Shown piece after piece: positions 8,956-17,605 of a DNA stretch of 44,808 bases. The notes beneath the pieces were generated by a model, which ran no database searches, had not been told where the DNA came from, and saw nothing but the letters and a program-made list of their open reading frames with translations. This stretch comes from Mycobacterium sp. (GTDB taxonomy: Bacteria > Actinomycetota > Actinomycetes > Mycobacteriales > Mycobacteriaceae). The translations under genes were made by a program, and so were the position numbers. Every line of letters starts with the position of its first letter. The first letter of the stretch is position 1. The stretch spans positions 1 through 44,808 of the forward strand of contig JAOPWT010000392.1 of assembly GCA_025965555.1 (NCBI GenBank). The letters run 5' to 3'.

Positions 8956-9980
8956 GTGGTTCCTCCGATCGGGATCACCGTGACGGTGATGTTGTCGTCG
9001 CCGCCGGCCTGCAGCGCGTACTCGGTGAGTGCGCGTGCCGCCGCGACCGGGTCGGTCCTTGCGCAGAACCGTGCGATGTCGACAGCTTCCGGTAGGTAGT
9101 TCCACAGACCGTCGGAGCACATCACCAGTGAACCGGGGCCGACGAGGGTGATGGTCTGCACGCTCGAGTCCGACCACGGCTTGGGTTCGGAGTCTGCACC
9201 GAGCCATCGCGTGATGGTGTGCGCACCGCGCAGGACGAATTCCGAATTCGCGGCGGCACCGGCCGTCATCAGTTCCTGCGCCACCGAGTCGTCGACCGTC
9301 AACTGCTGCGGGGGTTCGGGCGGATCGGGCAGCCAGTACGCCCTGCTGTCTCCGACGTTTCCGACCGTGATCTCCACCTTCCCTTCGGAATTCGATACGA
9401 CGGTGGCGGCGGTGTAGGTACACGACGGCGCGTTCGCCGGGTCCACTCCGGCGCCGGCCTCCGCCGCCGCCCTGGTCGCCTCCGCCAGCCCCGCCAACAC
9501 CGCGTCGTGTGTCGTGCTGGACCTGGCGACCGCGGCGAGCATTCCCTCGACCCCGGCCTTGGATGCGGCGACCGAGGCCATCTGCGGCTCACCCGAGGTG
9601 GACACTCCGTCGCACACGGCAACGGCGAAGGCGTATCGCTGCCCCTGGACGCCGGTCACCATGCCTGCCGCAGCGGCGTCCTCGTTTCGGGGGTGGTGCA
9701 GTCCGCGGTCGGTGATGAGTGCGATGGGGCCGAGCTGAGCTTCGTCACGATCGGGCTCGGCGCGACGATGGCCACATCCGGTGCAGTACCCGTCGGAGAA
9801 GGCGTCGTTGCCGCAGTCGGCGCACGGCCCCTCGATGGGCACTCCGGGCTGGGGTATCGCGACGCGGCTGAATTCCGGCGTGGGCACCTCGAAGAGGGGC
9901 CCCCCGCAGCTCTCACAGAAGCGGTCGGATTGCCCAACCGGCGCTGCGCATTTCGGGCACGCGGTCTGTTCGGCAGTCAT
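8952..9980 (-). CDS. PP2C-family Ser/Thr phosphatase with N-terminal double zinc ribbon
   Basis: Start re-called at ATG 9980 (ATGA overlap). Zinc ribbons CPKC..FCESCG and CADC..YCTGCG; PP2C motifs RNEDA, AVCDGV, NVGDSRAY, MCSDGLWNY, GGDDNITV. Confidence 0.9.
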   Translation of the reverse strand: MTAEQTACPKCAAPVGQSDRFCESCGGPLFEVPTPEFSRVAIPQPGVPIEGPCADCGNDAFSDGYCTGCGHRRAEPDRDEAQLGPIALITDRGLHHPRNEDAAAAGMVTGVQGQRYAFAVAVCDGVSTSGEPQMASVAASKAGVEGMLAAVARSSTTHDAVLAGLAEATRAAAEAGAGVDPANAPSCTYTAATVVSNSEGKVEITVGNVGDSRAYWLPDPPEPPQQLTVDDSVAQELMTAGAAANSEFVLRGAHTITRWLGADSEPKPWSDSSVQTITLVGPGSLVMCSDGLWNYLPEAVDIARFCARTDPVAAARALTEYALQAGGDDNITVTVIPIGGTT

Positions 9981-12211
9981 ACCCGTGTCCTCGGCCTGAT
10001 CGCGTTGGCCTTCTCCACCAGATCGATGCGGTCCCACACACCGGTCGCCTCGTGGGCCAGTTCGCGGTAACAGCGCTCCATCCCGGCGCGCACACCCGAC
10101 TCGTCGAAATCGACGCCGAGCAGGCGCGGGGTCTTGGACTGGTGTCCCGCCTGCAGCCAGCCCAACGCGGCGCCCAGTACCCGCAGCCGAATCATCGCCC
10201 GCTTGGCGGTGGATTCGACGTTGAGCGCACCGGCCCGCTTGTCCGCATCGAGCAACGTCTGTTCGTCGAGGTTCTCGGACGTGCGCCCCTCGAGCAGGAT
10301 CTCGATCGCGGTGGAGCCTGCATCGGTGAAATGGGCCGAGGCAGCCGGGATCTGGTCGAGCGCCGCGACCGCGTTGGCGCGGTCTCCCGCCCGGTCCCGT
10401 TGCCTGGCCAGTCCGAAGGCGGAGCTGACGTAGCTGCGGTCCGTTCGCCACACCATCTCGTAGTAGCGCATGGCCTCGTCGCGAGCCTCTCGAAGTTCCG
10501 CTGTCGCTGCTATCGCCAGCTTCGGCGCCAACTCGCCGGGCAACGTCGCTAGGACGGTATCGAAATCACTTGCCGCCTCGTCGAATTCACCTTCGAGCAG
10601 CGCGCACTGCCCGCTGTACCACAGCAGCCGCCAGTCCCCGGGAACCATCGCCTCGAGCTCGTTCAGCCGCGTGCGGGCCTCCTTGGCGGCACCGAGCTCC
10701 AACGACGCGCGAACCAGCCGCAGCGGAATCTCGACGGAGGTGCCCTTGCCCTGGTTGGCTCCGCCGCGGGCCAGGTGCAGCGCATGTTCGAGCTGTGCGG
10801 GTGGCGTGCCACTGGTGGTCGCGAGCAGAGCGGCGCCAGGGTCGGTCGGGTCGACCACCGGGACCGGCAGCGCGGCGATCACACCCGAGGGCTTCACCGG
10901 GACGTCCCGGCCTGCGCCGTACACGTCACGCTGCGGGCTGAAGTAGGTCGACATCCTGGGCTGTTCGACGTTCGTGTCGGCGGACGCGATCTCGTGCAGC
11001 ACCCCGGTCAGCTGATCGGCCATCTCCTCCATGGACGAGAATCGACGCGCCGGGTCGGGGTCGGTGGCGCGAAGTATTGCGCGGTACAGCGATTCGTACC
11101 GTGCGAGCACCGGCACCGTATCGGGGCCGGGCAGTTGGTCGACGAAGCGTCCGTGCTCCTGCGGCACGTCCATGACGAGCACGGCGAGGGTGCGCCCGAC
11201 GGTGTATACGTCACTGGCGACGGTGGGTCCGGTCTGGGCGATCTCCGGCGCCTGATAGCCGGCGGTACCGAAGATCGCGCTGTCCTGGTCGTCCATGGCG
11301 ATGACGGCTCCGAGGTCGATCAGCTTCAGATGCTCTTCGGTCTGCATCACGTTGTCCGGCTTGAAGTCACAGTAGGCGAGACCCTGGGCGTGGAGGTAGG
11401 CGATGGCGGGTGCGATCTCGACGAGGTACGCCACGGCCTGATCGGCGGGCAGCGGACCGCCCAACGCCTTGCGGATCTGCTTCAGCGACGTGCCGCCCAC
11501 GTACTCCATCACGATGTAACCGACGGGAGCCGCGCCACCCTCATCCTGATGCTCGACGAAGTTGTAGATCTTGACGATGTTCGGGTGTTCAACCCCGGAC
11601 AGCGTGTCGACCTCGGCTGCGGCGGCGGCCATGGCGTCGGCGTCGGTGGAATTGATGAGGCCCTTGAGCACCACGAAGCGATTGCGCACGTTGCGGTCGA
11701 CCGCGAGGTAGATCCAGCCGAGTCCACCGTGCGCAATGGCACCCTGCACCTCGTACTGACCACCGACGAGGTCACCGCGAGACAGCTTGGGAACGAACGA
11801 GTATCGCGTCCCGCACTGGGTGCAGAACCCCTCGACGCGCCCAGGAGTGCCGTCGCCGCTCCGGCCGACCGGCTTGCCGCAGTCGGTGTTGCCGCAGAAC
11901 CGGCTCCCCTCCGGAACCTTGGGATCGGTCAGGATGGCAGCCGCCGGGTTGCCCTTCGGGACTCGCGGCATCGCGATGACACCGGCACCCAGTCGGCCGC
12001 GGGCACTGGAGGACCTCGACGATCCGGTGCGCGCCGTTCCCGCCGATCGAGCGGTCGGACGACTGGCCGCCGTGCTCCTGGCACCTGCGGTCGCCGCCGA
12101 TGTCCGCGTCGACGGCATGGGTGCCGCGCCCGGCGGTGGTGGGGCGGTGCCGCAGACATCGCAGTAGCCGTCGACGACGGTCCCACCGCACCCTGGTTCG
12201 GCGCAGGTCAT
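9977..12211 (-). CDS. pknG: PknG-family Ser/Thr protein kinase (rubredoxin-like Cys motifs, kinase, TPR-like C-terminus); probably a paralog
   Basis: RFCGNTDCGKPVGR...EGFCTQCGTRYSF; kinase motifs GAIAHGGLGWIYLA, VVLKGL, YIVMEYVGG, YCDFKPDNV, LIDLGAV, GTAGYQAPE; C-terminus LVEKANAIRPRT as in the PknG family. Confidence 0.88.
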   Translation of the reverse strand: MTCAEPGCGGTVVDGYCDVCGTAPPPPGAAPMPSTRTSAATAGARSTAASRPTARSAGTARTGSSRSSSARGRLGAGVIAMPRVPKGNPAAAILTDPKVPEGSRFCGNTDCGKPVGRSGDGTPGRVEGFCTQCGTRYSFVPKLSRGDLVGGQYEVQGAIAHGGLGWIYLAVDRNVRNRFVVLKGLINSTDADAMAAAAAEVDTLSGVEHPNIVKIYNFVEHQDEGGAAPVGYIVMEYVGGTSLKQIRKALGGPLPADQAVAYLVEIAPAIAYLHAQGLAYCDFKPDNVMQTEEHLKLIDLGAVIAMDDQDSAIFGTAGYQAPEIAQTGPTVASDVYTVGRTLAVLVMDVPQEHGRFVDQLPGPDTVPVLARYESLYRAILRATDPDPARRFSSMEEMADQLTGVLHEIASADTNVEQPRMSTYFSPQRDVYGAGRDVPVKPSGVIAALPVPVVDPTDPGAALLATTSGTPPAQLEHALHLARGGANQGKGTSVEIPLRLVRASLELGAAKEARTRLNELEAMVPGDWRLLWYSGQCALLEGEFDEAASDFDTVLATLPGELAPKLAIAATAELREARDEAMRYYEMVWRTDRSYVSSAFGLARQRDRAGDRANAVAALDQIPAASAHFTDAGSTAIEILLEGRTSENLDEQTLLDADKRAGALNVESTAKRAMIRLRVLGAALGWLQAGHQSKTPRLLGVDFDESGVRAGMERCYRELAHEATGVWDRIDLVEKANAIRPRTRV

Positions 12212-13347
12212 TTCGCGGTCCCCTGCTTCTCGACGAGCAACTGCTGGTAGTCGGATACCGCCCTGGTGACGGCACGGAGGTCACACGGCTGCCTATGTAG
12301 GAGCCCAGAGGCGATTCGGCTGCAGGCCAACAGGTCTCGATCCTCTCCGAGGTCCAGCCGGGCGGCTTTCGCCTGGTAGGCCGTCAGCCGCCCCTTGAGC
12401 TCGACGCGGCGGTCGAGCAGGCCCTGCGCAAGTTCTTCGTCGTCGGCCACGACTCTGCGCGCCGCCTCGATCCGTTGTCGCAGGGACCGCAGGGCGGGGG
12501 GATCGGGCGTGCTCATCGATCCGAGCTCGGCCCGCAGGCCGGGCTCGGCGTCCTCGTGCACCGGGAGCGGACCAGACACCACGTCGCGTTCGGCTTTCGC
12601 ACGGACCTCCACGACGCGGTCCACCCCTTGCCGCAGGGCGTCGAGTAGCGCCGCCGTCTCGGCGACGGCGTCGGACCAGTTCGCCCGCAGCGCAGCCAGT
12701 TCGGCGAGTTCGGCCGACCGGCGTTCGACCTGCTCGGCAATGATGCGGATGCGGTCTTCCACGTCGTGCTCCGTCAGCGACAGCGGGTCGGTCGCCGAAT
12801 CCGCCAACAGTTGCGCGACCTCCGCGGGGAAGGCCGCGCCGGCGTCGTCGAGTCGCTGCCGCAACGGCGCGAGCCGGTCCACGATCAGCGAGTTGATCCG
12901 ATCCACGTCGTCGAGGAACTCGGCCACCGCGGGATAGGCATCGCGCATGTCTTCGGAGAGGTCGGCTAGACCGACGTAGCCGACGGCTTCACCCGGACCG
13001 GTGATCACCCGCTTTGCCAAGGGAATTCGCTCGCGCGAGACCTCGAGCGGACGTTCGCGCAACCACTTCGTCAACTCGACGCGGTCGTCCTCGTCGAGCT
13101 TTGACCGTCGCGTCCGCACCGCCTTCGCGGACTCCAGAATCGAGGTCATCCGCGACACGTCCTGCCACAACTGTTCGAGGGACTTTTCGACGGCAGTCCA
13201 CCTCTGGGCGGTCGCGCCGGTCGGCGGATAGCGACGCACGTGCTGCAGCCCCGGATGGTTGTCGAGCTCCAACAGCGTGGCCGAGGCAGCGTTGACCTCC
13301 CTGGTGCGCGCATCGAGTTCGCGGTCGATCTCCTCGGTGGTCAACAT
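12208..13347 (-). CDS. Hypothetical helical/coiled-coil protein in the PknG cluster
   Basis: Start re-called at ATG 13347, just after the GlnH-like stop. Its stop overlaps the kinase ATG (ATGA). Rich in Ala/Leu/Glu/Arg, with no catalytic motif recognised. Confidence 0.7.
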   Translation of the reverse strand: MLTTEEIDRELDARTREVNAASATLLELDNHPGLQHVRRYPPTGATAQRWTAVEKSLEQLWQDVSRMTSILESAKAVRTRRSKLDEDDRVELTKWLRERPLEVSRERIPLAKRVITGPGEAVGYVGLADLSEDMRDAYPAVAEFLDDVDRINSLIVDRLAPLRQRLDDAGAAFPAEVAQLLADSATDPLSLTEHDVEDRIRIIAEQVERRSAELAELAALRANWSDAVAETAALLDALRQGVDRVVEVRAKAERDVVSGPLPVHEDAEPGLRAELGSMSTPDPPALRSLRQRIEAARRVVADDEELAQGLLDRRVELKGRLTAYQAKAARLDLGEDRDLLACSRIASGLLHRQPCDLRAVTRAVSDYQQLLVEKQGTAK

Positions 13348-13349
13348 GG

Positions 13350-14312
13350 TCAGTCCTGGTATCGCGCCATCGGCGGACCCGGTGACGGTCCGAGGCTGCT
13401 CAACCAGGTTCGGTAGAGGCGCTCCCACGTCCCGTCGTCGCGCATCTGCTCGAGTGCGCCGTTGACGAATCGCACCAGGTCGCTGTTCTCCAGTTTGACG
13501 CCAACACCGTAGGGCTCGGCACCGATGCTGTCGCCGACCAATTCCAGGTTCATCTGGTCCTGGAGCTGGAGTCCGGCCAGCACCACGTCGTCGGTGCTGA
13601 TCGCGTCGACCTGGCCCTGCTGCACCATCACCAGACAGTCGGTCCATGCCTTCACCCCGTACAGCGTGGGTCTCGGGTCCAGGGCGAACAAGGCCGTCAG
13701 TGAGGTGGTGCCCTTGACGGCACACACCCGCTTGCCGGAAAGGTCGGCGGCAGAACGGATTCCGGACCCCTTCACCGCCAGGATGCGTTGTTTGGCCAGG
13801 AAGTACGTCGTCGAGAAGGCGACCACCTTCCTGCGGTCACAGGTGATCGAGTAGGTCCGGACCACCAGATCCACCTGGCCCTCCTGCAAGGCCGTCTCCC
13901 GTTGGGCCGCGGTGACCACCAACAGATCGACGCGACTGGGATCGCCGAAGATGCTGCGGGCGAGTTCGCGGGCAAGGTCGATGTCGAAGCCTTCCAGCCC
14001 GCCCGTGGCAGGGTTTCGCGAGCCGAACAGTTTCGTGTCCTGGTCGACCCCGACGATGAGTCGTCCACGCTCGACGATGGCAGCCATCGCCGAACCGGGT
14101 GGCATGGCGCCGGGACCGGGCTGCGGACCAGAACGCAGGCTCGCTTCCCTGTCGCCGCAGTCCTTGTTTCCGGCGGCAGGTGCGGCCGTGATCTCCTCCG
14201 CCCCGCCTGGCATGGCGTTGACCGGCGTGACCGTGACCGCCTGCGGTGACTCCGGTGCTCCGCAGCCGGCGACGAGGGCGACGACCAGCGCCACGGCGAA
14301 TCGCGCCTTCAC
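13350..14312 (-). CDS. glnH: GlnH-like amino-acid (glutamate/aspartate) solute-binding lipoprotein, SBP family 3
   Basis: Start re-called at GTG 14312 (GTGA overlap). Lipobox LVAGC; motifs RLIVGVDQ, LEGFDIDLA, TYSITCDRRK, DAISTDDVVLAG, EPYGVGV. Confidence 0.85.
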   Translation of the reverse strand: MKARFAVALVVALVAGCGAPESPQAVTVTPVNAMPGGAEEITAAPAAGNKDCGDREASLRSGPQPGPGAMPPGSAMAAIVERGRLIVGVDQDTKLFGSRNPATGGLEGFDIDLARELARSIFGDPSRVDLLVVTAAQRETALQEGQVDLVVRTYSITCDRRKVVAFSTTYFLAKQRILAVKGSGIRSAADLSGKRVCAVKGTTSLTALFALDPRPTLYGVKAWTDCLVMVQQGQVDAISTDDVVLAGLQLQDQMNLELVGDSIGAEPYGVGVKLENSDLVRFVNGALEQMRDDGTWERLYRTWLSSLGPSPGPPMARYQD

Positions 14313-15571
14313 AGGAACTCCTTGAGCCGAGGCCACAACCCGACGACGGCTGCCGCGGCGGCGATCACCATCAGCACCAGCGTGCCCGTCGGGCTCCACG
14401 CCAGCCGGGCGCCCGCCGCGGACACGTCGTCGCGCAGTGTTGCGCGGGTCTGTTCGATCGCGTCACTCAGGCTCGCTTCCACCGCGGCGAACTGCGCTGC
14501 CGAGGCGTCGGGATCACCGCCGATCGCCTGTCCGACCGCGGCCTGATAGTCGCCACCCTGAGTCAGCTCCACCTGCTTGCGATGGCTGGCGGTCCACTTG
14601 AGGACGGCATCGGCGGCGGTCGCGGGCCCTTGGTCGAGCGACGTGGACAGCTGGGCCATGTGATCGTTGAACGACTTCTCCCCTGCCGTGATGTCCCCGC
14701 GCGAGATCAGCTGCAGGGTCTCGTCGGTCCTGGCCTTCCTGGCGAGGACGCGGGCATTGGCGAGCTTCTCGAATCGGGCGGTGCCCCCGGTGCGGCTCTG
14801 CTCGATGTTGCTCGCGGCGAAACCGTTGGCCACGACGATCCACGCGATGACGAGCACCACCGCGACTGCCGCGCCGATCAGACCTCTGTTGAACTGCCGG
14901 TTGGTTCGCCCGATCAGGATCAGCGACCCGGCCGCGATCACCACCAGCACGACGACCAGCAGCACCAGGCCGACGATCGGGAGTGCTCCTACCGCGCGCT
15001 GGTCCTCGTCGACCGCGGCGAGGCCGCCGGTATAGATCCGCTCGGCGCTGGGAAGCATCGAGGTCTGCATCAACGAGGAGGCCTCCCGGAAGTACGCTGC
15101 CCCGACCGCGAATCCCTGTCGGTTGTTGGCCCGCGCCGATTCGACCTGACCGGTGTAGGCAGCCAGGTCGGCCGAGATCTGCGCCAGCGCAGTCCGGGTG
15201 TCCGCGTCGGTGGCTCCCAAAGTGGCATCGGTCAGTGCCTCTGCGGCGTCGGCAAGGGCTTGTTGGTAGCGCAATCGCATCACGGCCGTCTCGAGCCCGC
15301 CGGACAGGTATTCCGTTGCGGCGGCAGCATCGGCGGCCGACAGCGCGGCGTAGAGCTTCTGCGCGGAATACGCGAACGGCTCGGAACGGTCGAGAACCGA
15401 AGTGCTCTCCGCGATCCGGCCATCGAGTTGGCCGCCGACGACGACGCCGGCGAGCACGCACGATGCCGCCACGACGACCGCGACCAGCCCGACCACACCT
15501 GGCGTCGTGCGGGCGAAGCGCCGCAACCACCCCACGGACGCCCGCGCGTCCAGAGTGGGCGTAGCGCTCAT
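14309..15571 (-). CDS. glnX: GlnX-like membrane protein (four TM segments, two helical-bundle extracytoplasmic domains)
   Basis: Start re-called at ATG 15571. Motifs RTTPG + TM, SEPFAYSAQKLYAALSAADAAAAT, VESARANNRQGFAVGAAYFREAS, RTNRQFNRGL, C-terminal GLWPRLKEFL. Lies directly upstream of the glnH-like gene as in glnX-glnH-pknG operons. Confidence 0.8.
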   Translation of the reverse strand: MSATPTLDARASVGWLRRFARTTPGVVGLVAVVVAASCVLAGVVVGGQLDGRIAESTSVLDRSEPFAYSAQKLYAALSAADAAAATEYLSGGLETAVMRLRYQQALADAAEALTDATLGATDADTRTALAQISADLAAYTGQVESARANNRQGFAVGAAYFREASSLMQTSMLPSAERIYTGGLAAVDEDQRAVGALPIVGLVLLVVVLVVIAAGSLILIGRTNRQFNRGLIGAAVAVVLVIAWIVVANGFAASNIEQSRTGGTARFEKLANARVLARKARTDETLQLISRGDITAGEKSFNDHMAQLSTSLDQGPATAADAVLKWTASHRKQVELTQGGDYQAAVGQAIGGDPDASAAQFAAVEASLSDAIEQTRATLRDDVSAAGARLAWSPTGTLVLMVIAAAAAVVGLWPRLKEFL

Positions 15572-15662
15572 ATCGTTCACCCCCCAATCGCGATGGTAGC
15601 TGCAGGCGAGCACGGTGTTGGATCTTGATTGAAAGTCAGCGCGCCGTCCCGCCCGATGACAC

Positions 15663-16811
15663 TCATCCGCCGGCGGGTTCGACGACCCACGATCCACGGC
15701 GCATCACACCCGTCACCTCGAGGCTCGAGTCCAGCAGCACCACATCGGCAATGGCACCGGGGGCCAAGCCAAGAGCGGGTAATCCCAACGCTTTCGCGGG
15801 ATTGAGCGAGGCCTGCCGCACGGCCAGTTCGAGCGCCTCGTCGCGGGGCAGCCCGCTGTGCTCGACCGCGAAACCGAACATCCGATCCATGGTCGCCGTG
15901 CTCCCGGCGATCGTGTCGGTCTCCGCCACCGTCGCCACGCCATCGACCACGTCAACCGCCAACGGCCCCAGGTGATAGCGGCCGTCGGCCATCCCGGTCG
16001 CCGCCATCGCATCGGTCACCAGCGAGACGCGGTCGGGTCCCACGCTCTGCGTCACGTGTCGGTAGATGGCGGGGTCGACGTGGACACCGTCGGTGATCAG
16101 CTCGACGGTCACGCGGGAGTCCTCGAGCAGCGCAATGATGGGGCCCGGCTCACGGCGATCGATGGGGCGCATCGCATTGAAGAGATGGGTGCCCACCGTC
16201 GCACCGGCCGCGATCGCCGCCCCTGTCTGGCGGTAGGTCGCCTCGGTGTGACCGACGGCAACCACCACGCCTGCCGCGACGAGTTGGCCGATCGCCGCCA
16301 GTGCACCGTCACGTTCGGGTGCGATGGTGACCATCCGAATGGTGCCGCCACCGGCGTCGAGGACGCGGTCGATCTCGACTGGATCCGGGTCGCGCATCAG
16401 GGACGGTTGGTGGGCACCGCAGCGCTTGGCCGAGAGCCACGGGCCCTCCAGGTGAATCCCGTCGATCAGGCCGGCTCGGACGTCACCGGCCAATTCACCT
16501 ACCTGCCTGAGCAATTCGTCCGGATCGGCGGTGACCAGGGAGGCGACGAGTGCGGTGCTGCCGTGCCTGCGATGGAGCTCGACGGCGGTGGCGGTCTCGG
16601 CCGGGACGGCGGCGGTGAAGTTGGCTCCTCCGCCACCGTGCAGATGCGTGTCGACGAAACCGGGCACCATCGTCACCGCCCCGAGATCGCGGTCGGCAGC
16701 CCGCGGCGCGGCACCCCCGCCGATCGCGCACACCACGTGATCCGCGATCTCGATCCAGCCGGGCCGCAACAGTTCTCGGCCAGTCAGCAGGGTGTCGGCA
16801 GTCATCAACAC
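15663..16811 (-). CDS. nagA: N-acetylglucosamine-6-phosphate deacetylase
   Basis: Motifs PGFVDTHLHGGGG, GIHLEGPWL, VTIAPE, AVGHT, THLFNAM, DGVHV, VTDAMAA, IAGS. Start is GTG 16811 or ATG 16805. Confidence 0.93.
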   Translation of the reverse strand: MLMTADTLLTGRELLRPGWIEIADHVVCAIGGGAAPRAADRDLGAVTMVPGFVDTHLHGGGGANFTAAVPAETATAVELHRRHGSTALVASLVTADPDELLRQVGELAGDVRAGLIDGIHLEGPWLSAKRCGAHQPSLMRDPDPVEIDRVLDAGGGTIRMVTIAPERDGALAAIGQLVAAGVVVAVGHTEATYRQTGAAIAAGATVGTHLFNAMRPIDRREPGPIIALLEDSRVTVELITDGVHVDPAIYRHVTQSVGPDRVSLVTDAMAATGMADGRYHLGPLAVDVVDGVATVAETDTIAGSTATMDRMFGFAVEHSGLPRDEALELAVRQASLNPAKALGLPALGLAPGAIADVVLLDSSLEVTGVMRRGSWVVEPAGG

Positions 16812-16819
16812 GGCATCGC

Positions 16820-17605
16820 TCAGATGCCTTGCCATCGCGGCTTGGAGCGGTACGTCTCGCGGTAGTAGTCGACGAGTTGGAGCCTGCGCGCCGCAGTGTC
16901 GTCGAGCAGAACCGTGACGTGCGGGTGATGCTGCAGGATCGTCGCCGGCCACATGGCGCTCACCGCGCCCTCCACCAGGTGGTGCACCGCTTCGGCCTTG
17001 CTGCGACCGGTGGCCACCAGGATCACATGCCTGGCCTCCATGATGGTCCCGAGTCCCTGGGTCAGGCAGTGCGTCGGCACCGATTCGACGTCGTCACCGA
17101 AGAATCGGGCGTTGTCGAGTCGTGTCTGTCTTGTCAGCGTCTTGATCCGCGTCCGGGAAGCCAGCGAGGACCCCGGCTCGTTGAACGCGATGTGCCCGTC
17201 GGTCCCGATCCCGAGGATCTGCAGATCGACACCGCCCGCGGCCCGGATCGCGTCCTCGTACGCCGCGCACGCGGCCGGGATGTCGGCAGCCCCGCCGTCG
17301 GGACCCTGGACTGCGCCGGGGGCGAAGTCCACCCGGGACACGAAGACCCCGTCGATGACCGTCCGGTACCGCTCGGGGTGGTCGGCGGGCAGTCCGACGT
17401 ACTCGTCGAGAGTGAATCCGCGCGCCCGCCGGAACGAGATCAGCCCGTCGTCGTAGCGGGTGGCCAATTCGTCGTAGATCACCAGCGGCGACGATCCGGT
17501 CGCCAGCCCCAGGACCGCCTCGGGTTTGCGCGCGAGCAGCGCGCCGATGGCGTCGGCGGCGATTCGGCCGATCTCCTTGGAGTCGCGGCAGATGACGACT
17601 TCCAT
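16820..17605 (-). CDS. nagB: Glucosamine-6-phosphate deaminase
   Basis: Motifs VLGLATGSSP, FTLDEYVGL, DLQILGIGTDGHIAFNEPGSS, LTQGLGTI. Confidence 0.95.
   Translation of the reverse strand: MEVVICRDSKEIGRIAADAIGALLARKPEAVLGLATGSSPLVIYDELATRYDDGLISFRRARGFTLDEYVGLPADHPERYRTVIDGVFVSRVDFAPGAVQGPDGGAADIPAACAAYEDAIRAAGGVDLQILGIGTDGHIAFNEPGSSLASRTRIKTLTRQTRLDNARFFGDDVESVPTHCLTQGLGTIMEARHVILVATGRSKAEAVHHLVEGAVSAMWPATILQHHPHVTVLLDDTAARRLQLVDYYRETYRSKPRWQGI

Noticed and set aside
7531-12250. Long antisense ORFs (7531-8949 and 10775-12250 on +; similar ones elsewhere such as 14246-15628 and 36218-37639)
   Set aside because: Expected opposite real genes in high-GC DNA; they carry no recognisable motifs.
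6964-15590. Shared ATTGGGGGG just upstream of both the histidine kinase and glnX-like starts
   Set aside because: Adequately explained as G-rich ribosome-binding sites; too short to call a shared operator.
3575-15697. Long N-terminal extensions in the ORF track (for example 3575-5365, 7660-9423, 8952-10451, 12208-13725) suggesting fusions or large overlaps
   Set aside because: The extensions are Arg/Gly-rich off-frame read-through of upstream genes. Internal starts at the ATGA/GTGA overlaps, or just after the upstream stop, give clean domain boundaries.
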